DNA of 64,000 nucleotides from NCBI RefSeq assembly GCF_018977255.1, contig NW_024704742.1:12526001-12590000 (forward strand), in the 5' to 3' direction. This DNA comes from Callorhinchus milii. Its lineage: Eukaryota. Both the position numbers and the translations under genes were made by a program. Below the pieces are notes generated by a model that worked only from the letters and a program-made list of their open reading frames with translations, did no database searches and had not been told where the DNA came from. How positions within the stretch are numbered: position 1 is the first letter of the stretch; every line of letters starts with the position of its first letter. Positions 50,225 through 63,260 of this stretch are shown here, in pieces.

Positions 50225-52085
50225 GTGCTGTCTGCACCGCTATCTGCCCTGTTGTGACGTGCGTGGTTCCGGGGTAAGGCGTGGACCAGGGCAAGGCAGA
50301 GTGATTGAGGGAGAGCGTTTCAGAGTTTCAGGGCATAGTTGTTCAAGGCACGGCTACCAATGGTGGAACGTAGGGCACGAGGGACAAACAGGAGGCTGGA
50401 GCCAACCGAGCGGTGGCAGCGGATGGTGGAGTGGGGGGGTAAGCAGTTCGGAAAGGTAGGGAGGTGCGAGGATATTAAGTGATTTGGAAACGAGTGACAG
50501 GATCTTGAAGGTGATCCATTCAGTGATTGGGAGCCAGTGGAGCCTGCCAAGAATTGGTGTGATGGGGATACGGAGGTCCATGCGGGTGAGTTTCCGGGTG
50601 ACGGAGTTTTGAATTCATTGAATTTTTTCTATGTGGAGCTGGGGAGACTAGCGAGGAGGGCATTGGAATAGTCCATCCGGGAAGTAACGAAGCATGGACA
50701 AGGGTTTCAGTGGTTTGTGAGATACGGACAGAGGCGGCCAATGTGACACAGGTGGAAAAAAGCAGTCCTTACAGGGAATGTACATGCAATAGAAAGGAAA
50801 GCTGGGGACCAAACCTAATGCCTAAATTGTGCACGGGTTCAGAGAGTCTGAGGGTGAGCCCGGGGAGGTTGAAGAGTTCAGGGACGCAAGAGAGAAGACG
50901 TTGACACAAGCCAGAGTATAGCTTTCATCTTACCGACATTCAGCTGCAGAAAATTTGTGCTCACCCAGGTCTTGATGTATGTTAAACAATCTGACAGGGC
51001 TGTGGGCTGGGAGTCACAGGAGAAGTAGATTTGGGTGTCATTGAGTGGAAGTTGACCTCATGTCTGTAGATGACATCGCCGAGAGGGAGCATGTAGATGA
51101 GGAAAGGAAGGGGGCCAAGGCTGGAGCCTTGGGGTACCCCGCAGGTGACCAGGTGGCGGTGAGAGGGAAAAACATTGGCCAAAATGAAGTGCTGGCAGTT
51201 GGTTGAGTACAATTCAATACAAATTACATTTGTATAGCGCCTTTCATATCGGGTGGACATCCCAAGGCACTGGTCAATCAGGGAGCTGGACCCAAGCTGA
51301 GGGTCGGGATTGGGTAGGGTGGAGAGCAGAGAGGTTAGGAGGGTGGTCGAAGGCTTGTTTGAAGAGAAGGGTTTTCAGACATGGCGTGAAGGAGGAAAAG
51401 ACAGGAGTGAGGCGAAGGGAATGTGGGATGGAGTTCCATAGGGTGGGGGCAGAAAGGCTGAAGGCCAGTGCTGATAGTGGAGCAGGCCAGGCAGGGGACA
51501 TGGCGTAGGCTAGAGCCTGCTGGAGCCTGGTGAGTGGATGGAGCAAACAGGTTGATATGGGGTCAGCAGGTCACAGAAGTGGGGAGGGGCAAGGCCGTGG
51601 AGGGCCTTGAAGGCAAGGATGAAGATTTTGAACTCTATTGTCTGGGGAATGGGGAGCCAGTGAAGCTGGCTGAGAATGGGGGTGACGGGATCACGGAGCC
51701 TGTTGCAGGAGAGGACACGAGCTGCAGAATTCTGGATGATCTGCAGCTTGTGGAGGGAGAGTTGGGAAGGCCAATAAGTAGGACTCGAACCATGCGAGTG
51801 CAGTCCCACTAAGGTGGCTGAGGAGAGCCGTTGGAGGAGGATAGTGTGGTTGGCTACGTTGAATGTAGCAGTGAGGTCCAGGAGGACGAGGAGGCAGAAG
51901 GGGCCCTTTTCACACAGAGAGAGGATGTTAATTGTTACCTGGACGAGTGCTGTCTCTGCTGTGGGCTGGACTGAAACCAGACTGGAAGGGTTTGAGCAGG
52001 GAGTGGAGGGCGGGGTGTGAGTGAAGTTGACAACACTTTCCAGGGCTTTGGCCAGGAAGGGCAGGTTTGAAATGGGATGGTAGTC
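50225..52085 (-). mobile_element. Cluster of L2 fragments
   Basis: [41 protein letters not shown]; a second tail begins at ~51215. Confidence 0.85.
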
Positions 52086-52324
52086 CCAGTTATATAGCTC
52101 TTTTCATAATTTCTCAAAGCACTTCATAAATATAGAGGTGACTCCAAGCAAGAAATTGAAATAATTAAAGATGTTGACCAAAGGCAGTTTTTTTTTGAGG
52201 GCAGGAAAATAGGTAACAAGTCGATGGTTTTGGAAGAGAATGCAAGGAATGAGCTTGGAATGTGAATATTCACCAATGGTGAAGTGGATAGATCGAGAGC
52301 CAATCAACAACAACAACTTGCACT

Positions 52325-52805
52325 TATATAACTCTGCAGCTCATGTACTCTTGCACACCAGGCTCTGTGACCCCATCATTCCCACCCTCACCCGACTCCA
52401 CTGGCTCCCCATCCCTCAAAGGATCGAATTCAAGATCCTCGTCCTCACTTTCAAGGCCATCCATGGCCTTGCCCCCTCCTACCTCTCTGATCTGCTGACT
52501 CCCTACCAACCTGCCTGCTCCTGACCCGCCCTACCATCGGTGGACGGCCTTTTAGCCTCTCTTCCCCCACACTCTGGAACTCCATCCCACAGTCCCTTCG
52601 CCTCACTTCTTCCCTTGCCTTCTTCAAGGACAGTCTCAAGACTCTCCTCTTCGATCGTGTCTTCAGTCGCCCTCCCACCTCTCTGCCTTCCCTCACCCCT
52701 ACCCCACCCCTCCCCCATGCTCGGGTCCTGACCCCTGACTGTCCAGCTCCTTGGGATGTCCTCCTGACGTAAAAGGCGCTCTATAAATGTAATTTTGTTG
52801 TTTTT
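52325..52805 (+). mobile_element. L2 3' fragment
   Basis: LHWLPIPQRIEFKILVLTFKAIHGLAPSYL and tail. Confidence 0.88.
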
Positions 52806-53864
52806 GTATAGCACCTTCCACGCAGGGTAGCATCTCAGAACACTTAACAGCCTTCCTGCAAGCATGGTCGAAAAGGAAGGTTTTCAGGTGGGACTTGAAA
52901 AAGGGAAGAGAGGGGACAAGGCGGAGGGATTGAGGGAGAGTGTTCCAGAGTTTCGGGGCGTAATGGCTGAAAGCGCACCTCCAATGGTGGAGATGGCAAC
53001 CTCTAACCTGTTACTGAATGTTATTGTAACACTGTTCAACCTGATCAAACCCCTCTCCTTCACCCATCCCCTTTGCCCAGCTGGCTCAAACCATCCTCTC
53101 CACCATCGGTTACCAAGCTTTCAGCCAATATGCTCTGTACCTCTGGAACTCCCTACCTCAATCCCTCCACCTTGCCCCCTCTTTGCTCGTCTTATGGTCA
53201 CATCATTTTGATCATGCCTACGGTCACCGCCCCTTTTTCCTGACTTGACTACAACATTGTTAAGTGCTCTGACATGCTACAATGTGTGAAGGGTGCTCGC
53301 TATTTTAATCCAAGTTGTTGTTTTGCTGTTTCGACTTTGTATTTTCACCCAACGCCTTGTGACGTCCTCCCAGTGTGAAAGGCTCGATACAAATGTAAAT
53401 TGTTGTTGTTGATTAAGTGCTCTGAGGTGCTTCCCTGCATGAAGGGCACTATATAAATGCAAGCCCACCCGTTGCATAACCCACATTTAGTCTCTTCAAA
53501 ACCCTTTACATATAACCTGTATTCAGTCTTCTGCAAAAGCTCAGAAAACAATGGTATAGTCCAATGGTATATCAATGACTTCATTGATTCAGCTAATGAA
53601 CACGCGCTAACTCAAAAGTGACTTTACTGCAAAGTTGGTAGATTCTTATTTATCCATTTGATTTATGTAATCAAAAAATGCTTCTTGAATGCATTACATT
53701 CATTTCTTGAGATTTTTAAGATGCAGAAAATAATTGCTCACATTGTGCTATTCATAAACTGGTTAGAAATTAGTATAACACAAGTAATTGCAACCTTGTT
53801 TGTCAGAAGCACGGACCAAACAATTACTGCAACTTATATCACAAGCCGAGATAAAAAAAAGTTC

Positions 53865-54346
53865 GTTTTTCCAGCCTGCATGAGCTCAAAACTTTCATTG
53901 ATCTTGTCAAATGGGAGTTTGTGAGTTACAAACTCATCCACCTTGATTTTCTTAGCCATGCATTCCTGCACAAGCTTGGGCACACTTCCATACTTTTCCA
54001 CCCAGCATAGCAAATGGACAAACATGATCAGCCAAACTCAGTCAGTGACCGTCTTCACAAGGTGTCAAAGTGTGTCTCTTTCTTCCTCTCCTCTGCTCGC
54101 CACCCTGTAAACCTGTAAATATAGTGTATAAAGTGCAAATCCGTATCCTAGGCCTTTCTGCCTCCTCTCCTTCATCATCTGTATATTTCAAACACAACTG
54201 AAGATTGCATGTCCAAACTCTGTGCCTTTCCACATGCGCCCAGTCATCAGCTGGAAGGGTCAAGTTGCGATCCCATGTCCTGCGGGTCCAACCCCTACGA
54301 TCACACTGGTTCCCCAGACCTTGTGACAGGCCTCCAGTGCAGCTCA
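53865..54346 (-). pseudogene. ADH5: Unprocessed class III alcohol dehydrogenase (ADH5/GSNOR) pseudogene fragment, exons 7 and 8
   Basis: 54346-54211 (136 nt) encodes [43 protein letters not shown]; 208-bp intron; 54002-53865 (138 nt, 1-nt deletion) encodes [45 protein letters not shown]. Peptides and exon sizes match vertebrate ADH5 exons 7 and 8 as I recall them (136 and 139 nt). Confidence 0.93.
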
Positions 54347-55274
54347 ATACAAGGTTGTTGAGGGAAGGCGAAAGAGAAGAGGGAAAGAATGAACTTAAAA
54401 ACAGTTAAGAGATCAAATCAGACAAATATTCATCATACAATTAAACGGTATTCTATCAAGTGAGATAGCAAAGCATTTTCATTGAGCACCAGCTCAAGCA
54501 TTGCAGTGGGTAGCCAGCCCTAGACCAAAACATTCCTTATTTGTACAAACAAACATAAATCTGATTGCCAGAAAATCCAAAAGCTGAGCAAGCCTATACA
54601 TCAGGAGCTCTATGACACTGTAGAGATAAAGGCATTCTTTGACCTCTTAAAAACTGGGATTAAAAATCCACCTAGTCTAATGGGATAAAGGCTCCTCTCT
54701 CTATAATAATAATTATATTATTTATCTACTAATTGTTAAGAGTCTTCCCCATATCTTGATCTTCTACTACCTCACTCTTCTGCTCATCCTCTGATGTGCA
54801 CTCCTGGTGTCACCACTGGCTATTTGGTCCCTCACCTCTGAAATTCCCTCCCTCACCCCACAGTGTCTTGACTTTAAATTCCGCCTAAAAAACCTCCTCT
54901 TTCTCCCTTGCCCAGTCTTTGTGAAGTGCTCCCAGACATTGTCCTACAGAAAGGGTGCTATATAAATGCAAGGTGTTATTGTCCTTCTGATAATAAAAAC
55001 ATATTATTACTTACCAGACCATGTACAAGACTTGGTGTCACCAGGGTAAGCCCCTTACCCCTTCTTTTACATGACAGTGTAGTGACTGGGGGGAGCGCAG
55101 AAACCAGTGTCAAACCCTGGTGTCAAGGATTCTGAGAGACAAGATTGCGGGAAGGAGACCAGCAATTAATCCAGATCCTCTCTGGCAGATGATAAAGGTC
55201 TCTGTCTTTTCAATGCAGGGAAACGGATCAGTTAGCATTAAAGTTGCATGGCAGATGTGTCTGCTGCCAAATGT

Positions 55275-58200
55275 GTTTGGGGGTGTGAGTGTTGGGAGAG
55301 GAATGGGGTGTGCGTGTTGGGGGGTGATTGCATGTTGGGGGGGAGGTGCTTGTTGGGATGGGTGTTGGGGGGAGGTGCATGTTGGGGAGGTGTGAGTGTT
55401 GGTGGGTTGCGTGTTGGGGGTCATGCGTGTTGGGGGGATGCAAGTTGAGGGGGGGTGCATGTTGGGAGGTTGCATGTTGGGGGTTGCGTGTTTCGGGGGG
55501 GTGCGTGTTGGCAGGGGTGTGCGTGTTCGGGATGGTGCGTGTTGGGGGGTGTGCGTGTTGGGGGGTGTGCGTGTTGGGGGGTGCATATTGGAGGGGGTCT
55601 GCGTGTTGGAGGGGGTGTGCGTGTTTTGGGGGTGCGAGTGTTGGGAGGTGTGCGTGTTGGGAGGTGTGCGTGTTGGGAGGTGTGCGTGATGGGAGGGGTG
55701 TGCATGTTGGAGGGGCTGTGCGTGTTGGGAGAGTGTGCGTGTTGGGGCGTGTGCGTGTTGGTGGTGTGCGTGTTGGGGGGTGTGCATCTTGGGGGGGTGC
55801 ATGTTGGGGATTGCATGTTGGGGGGCATGTGCGTGTTGGCGGGGGTGCATGTTGGGCATGGTGCATGTTGGATGGGTGTGCATGTATGGGGGGGGTGTGC
55901 TTATAGGGGGTGTGCGTGTTCGGGGGGCGTGTGTTGGGTGTGTGCATGTTGGAGGGGCTGTGCGTGTTATGGGGGGGGGGTGTGTTGGGGAATATGCGTG
56001 TTGGGGGTGTGCATGTTGGGTGTGGTGCGCATTGGGGTTGTGCGTGTTGGGGCTGTGCGTGTTGGGTAGGTGTGCGTGTTGTGGGGTGTGCATATTTGGG
56101 GGGTTGTGCTTGTTGGGGGTGTGCATATTCGGGGGGGTCGTGTGTTGGGGGGGGTGCGTGTTCGGGGGGGCATGTGTTGGGGGGTGTGTGCATGTTGGAG
56201 GGGCTGTGAGCGTTGGGTGTGGTGCGCGTTGGGTGTGGTGCACGTTGGGTGTGGTGCGCGTTGGGTGTGGTGCGCATTGGGTGTGGTGCGCATTGGGTGT
56301 GGTGCGCGTTGGGTGTGGTACGCGTTGTGGCTGTGCGTGTTGGGTGGGTGTGCGTGTTTGGGGGGTGTGCGTGTTGGGGGATATGCATATTGGGGGATGT
56401 GCATGTTGGGGGGTGTGCATGTTGGGAGGGGTGTGCATGTTGGGGGGTGTGCATGTTGGGTGTGTGTGCGTGTTGGGCGGTTGCATGTTGGGGGTCGTGC
56501 TTGTTGGTGGGGTGCTTGTTGAGGTTCATGCGTGTCGAGTGGGTGTGCATGTTGGGGGCATATGTGTTGAGGTGTTGCGTGTTGGGGGGGTGCGTGTTGG
56601 GGGGTGCGTGTTGGGGGCGTGTGTGTTGTGGGGGTGCGTGTTGGGGGAGTGTGCATGTTGGGGAATGTGCGTGTTGGTGGTGTGCATGTTGGGGGGGGGT
56701 GTGCATCTTGGGGGGGTACGTGTTGGGTGTGCATGTTGGGGGGTGTGCATGTTGGGTGTGTGTGCGTGTTGGGCAGTTGCATGTTGGGGGTCGTGCTTGT
56801 TGGTGGGGTGCATGTTGAGGTTCATGCGTGTCGAGTGGGTGTGCATGTTGGGGGCATATGTGTTGAGGTGTTGCGTGTTGGCAGGGGTGCGTGTTTGGGG
56901 TTGTGCGTATTGGATGGGTGTGCATGCTTGGGGGGGTGTGCTTGTTGGGGGTGTGCGTATTGGATGGGTGTGCATGTTTGGGGGGGTGTGCTTGTTGGGG
57001 GTGTGCGTGTTTGACGGGCATGTGTTGGAGTGTGTGTGCATGTTGGAAGGGCTGTGCGTGTTGTGGGGGATGTGCGTGTTGGGGAATGTGCGTGTTGGGG
57101 GTGTGCATGTTGGGTGTGGTGCACGTTGGGGCTGTGTGTGTTGGGCCTGTGCGTGTTGGGTGGGTGTGCATGTTGTGGGGTGTGCATGTTTGGGGGTGTG
57201 TGCATGTTGGGGGGATGTGCATGTTGGGGGGATGTGCATGTTGGGGGCTGTGCATGTTAGGGGTTTGCGTGTTGGGGGTCGTGCTTGTTGGGTGGATGTG
57301 CATGTTGGGGGCTTGAGGGTTGGGGGAGTGTATTGGTGGTGTGTGTTGGGGGTTGTGCATCTTGGGGGGGCTGCGTGTTAGGGGCTTGCGTGTTGGGTTT
57401 GTGTGTGTTGGAGGTTTGCCTGTTGGCAGGTGTGCATGTTGGGTGGTGTGCGTGTTTGGGTGGTGTGCGTGTTTGGGTGGTGTGCGTGTTGGGGGCTGTG
57501 CGTGTTGGGGGCTGTGCGTGTTGGGGGCTGTGCGTGTTGGGGGCTGTGCGTGTTGGGGGTGTGCGTGTTGGGGTTGTGCGTGTTGGCGGTGTCCATGTTG
57601 GGGGGTGTGCGTGTTGGCGAGTGTGCGTGTTGGAGGGGGTTCGTGTTGGGGGTGTGTGCCTGTTGGGTATGTGCACCTGTTGGGTGTGTGCGTATTGGGG
57701 GTGTGCATGTTGGGGGTGTACGTGCTGGTGTGTGTGTTGGGAGTGTGTGCATGTTGGGGGTGTCTGCGTGTTGTGGGTGTGTGCATGTTAGGGAGGTGCG
57801 TGTTGGGGGGTGTGCATTTTGGGGTGTGTGCATGTTGGGGGTATGTGCGTGTGGGGGTGTGTATGTGTTGGGGGGGGTGTGTGTTGGGGAGGTGTGCATG
57901 TTGGGGAGGTGCGTGTTGGTAGTTGTGCGTGTTGGTGGGTGTGCGCGTTGGATGTGGTGCGCGTTGGGGGTGTGCGTGTTGGAGCTGTGCGTGTTGGGTG
58001 GGTGTGTGTGTTGTGGGGTGTGCGTGTTGCGGGATGTGCGTGTTGGGGGTATGCGTTTTGGGGGTGTGCATTTTGGGGGGTGTGTGCATGTTGGGGGGGG
58101 TGTGCGTGTTGTGGAGGGTGTGTGTTGGGGGGTGGGTGTGAGGGGGGTGCGTTTTGGGGGGCGTGTGCGTGTTGGGGGTGTGCATGTTGGGGGGATGCAT

Positions 58201-61010
58201 GCTGCGGTGTGTGCGTGTTGGGGGTGTGTCGTGTTGGGGCTGTGCGTGTTGGCGAGTGTGCGTGTTGGAGGGGGTTTGTGTTGGGGGTGTGTGCCTGTTG
58301 GGTCTGTGCGTATTGGGGGTGCATGTTGGGGGTGTTCGTGCTAGGCGGTGTGCATGTTGGGGGTGTTTGAGTGTTGGGGGTGTCTACGTGTTGGAGGGGT
58401 GTGTGTGTTGTGGGCGTGTACGTGTTAAGGAGGTGCATGTTGGGGGAGTGTGCATGTGGAGGGGTGTACATGTTGGGGTAGTGTGAGTGTTGGGGGGCTG
58501 TGCGTGTGGGGTGGTGTGCATGTTGGGAAGGTACGTGTTGGTGGTTGTGCGTGTTAGGGTGTGTGTTTGCTGTGCATGTTGGGGGGAATGCGTGTGTTGG
58601 GTGGTGTGGACGTTTTGGGGGCTGTGCACGTGTTCGGGGGTGCGCATTTTGGGGGGGTGCGTTTTGGGGGGGGTGCGTTTTGGGGTGTGTGCATGTTGGG
58701 GTGGCTGTGCGTGTTGGGGGCTCTGCGTGTTGGGATGTGCATGTTGGGGGCTGCGTGTTGGGGGTGTGCGCGTGTTGGGGGGTGTACGTGTTGGGTGGTG
58801 CGCGTGTTGGGTTTTGCTTGTTGGGGGGTGTGTTAGGTAGGTGGCAGATGAAGTATAACGTAGGGAAGTGCAAGTTCATCCACCTAGGGAGCAAAAACAA
58901 TAGAGCAGGTTATTTGTTAGAAGGGGAGCGATTGGAATGTGTTAGCGTCGAGAGGGACTTGGGTGTCTTTGTACACCAATCTCAGAAAGTTAGTCTGCAG
59001 GTGCAGCAGCAATTAGGAAGGAGAACGGGATGTTAGCATTCATTATGAAAGGATTAGAGTATAAGAGTAGGGAAGTCTTGCTGCAACTGTATAGGGCCCT
59101 GGTGAGACCACACCTGGAATACTGTGTGCAGTTTTTGTCTCCTTATTTAAGGAAGGATGTACTTGCCTTGGAGGGGGTGCAGCGTAGATTTACAAGGTTA
59201 GTACCAGGGATGAAGGGGATGAGCTACGAGGATAGGCTGACTAATTTGGGCCTATATTCTCTTGAATATAGAAGAATTAGAGGGGATCTTATAGAAACCT
59301 ATAAGATCATCAAAGGGCATGATAGAGTAGATAGCGGGAGATTGTTTCCCCTGGTTGGAGAAACTAAAACCAGGGGTCACAATCTTAAAATCAGAGGCAG
59401 CCATTTCACACTGAGTTGAGGAAGAACTTCTTCACTCAAAGGGTGGGGAATGTATGGAACTCACTACCCCAAAGGGCTGTTGATGCTCAGTCCTTGAACA
59501 TATTCAAGACTGAGATAGATAGATTGCTTATTGCAAAAGGAATTAAGGGATATGGGGATAAGGCAGGGTCAGGTTATTAGCTGGAGTTAGATTAGAAGAT
59601 CAACCATGATTGAATGGCGGGGCAGGCTCGAAGGGCCGAATGGCCTACTCCTGCATGTTATGTTATGTTGGGGTGCGTGTTGGGGGAGTGTGCGTGTTGG
59701 GGGGTGTGCGTGTTCGGGGGTGTGTGCGTGTTGGGCTTTGCGTGTTGGGGGGAGTGCGTGTGTTGGGTGGTGTGCACATTGTGGGGGGTGTGCACGTGTT
59801 GGGGGGGTGCGTTTTGGGGGGGTGCGTTTTGGGGGGGTGCATGTTGGGGGGTGTGCGTGTGTTGGGGGGTGTGCGCGTGTTGGGTGTGTGCGCGTATTGT
59901 GGGGTGTGCGCGTGTTGGGGGATGTGCGCGTGTTGGGGGGTGTGCACGTGTTGGGGGGTGTGCGTGATGGGGGGTGTGCGTGTTGGGGTGTGCGTGTTGG
60001 GGGGAGTGCATTTTGATGGGGTGTGCGTGTTGGGGGTGTGCGTGTTGGGGGGGTTCGTGTTGGGGAAGTGCATGTTGGGGAAGTGCGTGTTGGGGGTGCT
60101 GCGTGTTGGGGCTGCTGCGTGTTGGGGAAGTGCGTGTTGGGGGTTGCGTGTTGGGGGATGTATGCGTGTTGGGGGGATCCGTGTCGGGGGGTGTGTGCAT
60201 GTTGGGTTTGTGCGTGTTGGGCGGATTGTGCGTGTTGGGGGGCTGCGTGTTGGGGGGCTGCGTGTTGGGGGGCTGCGTGTTGGGGGGCTGCGTGTTGGGG
60301 GGGTGTTCGTGTTTGGGGGTTTGTGCATGTTGGGGTGGGTGTGCATATTGGTGTTGTGCATGTTGGGGGGAGGGCGTGTGTTGGGGGGTGTGTGTTTGTT
60401 GGGGGGTGTGTACGTATTGGGGGATGTGCATGTTGGGCATGTGCGTGTTGGTGGAGTGTGCGTGTTGGGGTGTGTGTGTGTTTGGGAGGGTGCGTGTTGG
60501 GGGTGTGTGCATTTTGTGGGGTGCGTGTGCTTGTTGGGGGATATGTGTGTTGGGGGTGTACGTGTTGGGGGGTGTGCCTATTGGGGGGCTGCATGTTGGG
60601 GGTTTGTATGTTGGGGGTCTACGTGCTGGGGGGTGCGTGTGTTGGGGGTTTGCGGGTGTTGGGGGTGTATGCGTGTTGGGGGGTGCATGTTGGGGATGTG
60701 CATGCTGAAGGGGGTGCATGTTGGGGGTGTCTGCTTGTTGGGGGTGTGTGTGTTGGGTGGGTGTGTTAGGGTGTGCGTGTTTGGGGGAGTGCGTGTTCGG
60801 GGTGTGCGTTTTGGGGTGCGCGTGTTGCGGGTATGTGTGTTGGGGAGGTGTGCGTGTTGGGGGTATGTGTGTTGGGGAGGTGTGCATGTTGCGGGTATGC
60901 GTGTTGGGGAGGTGTGCGTGTTGCGGGGATGCGTGTTGGGGAGGTGTGCGTGTTGCGGGGATGCATGTTGGGGAGGTGTGCGTGTTGCGGGGGTGCGTGT
61001 TGGGGTGTGT
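55275..61010. repeat. G/T-rich degenerate minisatellite (~GTGTGCRTGTTGGGGG)n, interrupted by CR1
   Basis: Direct inspection; internal block duplications such as ~56445-56580 vs ~56745-56880. Confidence 0.97.
58835..59665 (+). mobile_element. Young 5'-truncated CR1 inserted in the minisatellite
   Basis: WQMKYNVGKCK, ERDLGVFVH, LEYCVQF, KTRGHNLKI and (ATGTT)n tail. Confidence 0.93.
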
Positions 61011-61029
61011 GAGGGTGACACTGGCAGTG

Positions 61030-63075
61030 AGGCGCTGTGCTGTGGCAGTGCTGTGCAGTGGCTGTGCTGTGGCTGTGGCTGTGCAGTGCTGTGGCTGTAC
61101 AGTGCAGTGCAGTGGCTGTGCAGTGCTGTGGCTGTGCTGTGGCTGTGCAGTGCTGTGGCTGTGCAGTGCTGTGGCTGTGGCTGTGGCTGTGCAGTGCAGT
61201 GGCTGTGCAGTGGCTGTGCAGTGGCTGTGGCTGTGCAGTGGCTGTGCAGTGCTGTGGTTGTGCTGTGGCTGTGCAGTGGCTGTGCAGTGCTGTGGCTGTG
61301 CAGTGCTGTGCAGTGCTGTGCTGTGCAGTGGCTGTGCAGTGCAGTGCTGTGGCTGTGCTGTGCAGTGCTGTGGCTGTGCTGTGGCTGTGCAGTGGCTGTG
61401 CTGTGGCTGTGCAGTGCTGTGGCTGTGCAGTGCAGTGCTGTGCTGTGGCTGTGCTGTGCAGTGCTGTGCAGAGCTGTGGCTGTGCAGTGCTGTGCTGTGG
61501 CTGAGCAGTGCTGTGCAGTGCTGTGGCTGAGCAGTGCTGTGCAGTGCTGTGGCTGTGGTTGTGCTGTGCTGTAGCTGTGGCTGAGCAGTGCTGTGGCTGT
61601 GCAGTGCTGTGGCTGTGCAGTGCAGTGCTGTGGCTGTGCAGTGCAGTGCTGTGGCCGTGCTGTGGTTGTGCAGTGCCGTGCTGTGGCTGTGCAGTTGCCG
61701 TGCTGTGGCTGTGCAGTTGCAGTGCAGTGCTGTGGCTGAGCAGTGCTGTGGCTGTGCAGTGCTGTGCAGTGGCTGTGCAGTGCTGTGCAGTGCTGTGGCT
61801 GAGCAGTGCTGTGCTGTGGCTGAGCAGTGCAGTGCTGTGGCTGAGCAGTGCAGTGCAGTGCTGTGCAGTGCTGTGCAGTGCAGTGCTGTGGCTGTGCAGT
61901 GCTGTGCAGTGCAGTGCGGTGCTGTGGCTGTGCTGTGCAGTGCTGTGGCTGAGCAGTGCTGTGCAGTGCAGTGCTGTGGCTGTGGCTGTGCAGTGCTGTG
62001 CAGTGGCTGTGCAGTGCTGTGCTGTGCAGTGCAGTGCTGTGGCTGTGGCTGTGGCTGTGCAGTGGGGTGCTGTGGCTGAGCAGTGCTGTGCAGTGCTGTG
62101 GCTGTGCAGTGCTAGTGCTGTGCAGTGCAGTGCAGTGCAGTGCAGTGCTGTGGCTGTGCAGTGCTGTGCAGTGCAGTGCTGTGGCTGTGCACTGCTGTGC
62201 AGTGCTGTGGCTGTGCTAGTGCTGTGCAGTGCAGTGCAGTGCTGTGGCTGTGCAGTGCAGTGGCTGAGCAGTGCTGTGCAGTGCTGTGCTGTGCAGTGCA
62301 GTGGCTGTGCAGTGCTGTGGCTGTGCAGTGCTGTGGCTGTGCAGTGCTGTGCTGTGCTAGTGCTGTGTAGTGCAGTGCTGTGGCTGTGCAGTGCAGTGCT
62401 GTGGCTGTGCAGTGCTGTGCAGTGCTGTGGCTGTGCAGTGCTGTGGCTGTGCAGTGCTGTGGCTGAGCAGTGCTGTGCAGTGGCTGTGCAGTGCTGTGCA
62501 GTGCTAGTGCTGTGCAGTGCTGTGGCTGTGCAGTGCTGTGGCTGTGCAGTGCAGTGCTGTGGCTGTGCAGTGCTGTGGCTGTGCAGTGCTGTGCTAGCGC
62601 TGTGCAGTGCAGTGCTGTGGCTGTGCAGTACTGTGCTAGTGCAGTGCAGTGCAGTGCTGTGGCTGTGCAGTGCTGTGGCTGTGCAGTGCAGTGCAGTGGC
62701 TGTGCAGTGCAGTGCTGTGGCTGTGGCTGTGCAGTGCTGTGGCTGTGCAGTGCAGTGCTGTGGCAGTGCAGTGCTGTGCAGTGCAGTGCTGTGGCAGTGC
62801 AGTGCAGTGGCTGTACAGTACTGTGCAGTGCAGTGGCTGTGGCTGTGCAGTGCAGTGGCTGTGCAGTGCTGTGCAGTGCAGTGCTGTGGCTGTGGCTGTG
62901 CAGTGCAGTGCAGTGGCTGTGCAGTGCTGTGCAGTGCAGTGCTGTGGCTGTGGCTGTGCAGTGCTGTGCAGTGGCTGTGCAGTGCTGTGCAGTGCAGTGC
63001 AGTGCTGTGGCTGTGGCTGTGGCTGTGCAGTGCAGTGCAGTGGCTGTGCAGTGCTGTGTAGTGCAGTGCAGTGGC
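61030..63075. repeat. Mixed pentamer/hexamer satellite (CAGTG/CTGTG/GCTGTG)n
   Basis: Direct inspection. Confidence 0.97.
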
Positions 63076-63260
63076 CGTCACACTGACACTGCAGCGGCCG
63101 CTCACACACTCGCTGCCTCTCCGCGATGTCGGCGGCTGATCGTTCTCTCGCACACACCGCGGCGCAGCGCCAAACCGGGCGGTCCCGGACCGCAGCCCCG
63201 ACTCCCGGCACCGGGTGAGTGGGTGAGTGGGTGAGTGAGTGGCCGCCCCGCCCCAACCGC
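63073..63260 (+). promoter_or_regulatory. CpG island with putative first exon and tandem GTGAGT splice donors
   Basis: High CpG density; ccgcgATG at 63126; CGG|GTGAGT at 63214/63215 with repeats at 63223, 63231 and 63235; CCGCCCCGCCCC GC box just downstream. Confidence 0.55.

Noticed and set aside
53865..54346. Functional ADH5 or processed retrocopy
   Set aside because: Stops, a frameshift and dead splice sites exclude function; the retained intron excludes retroposition.
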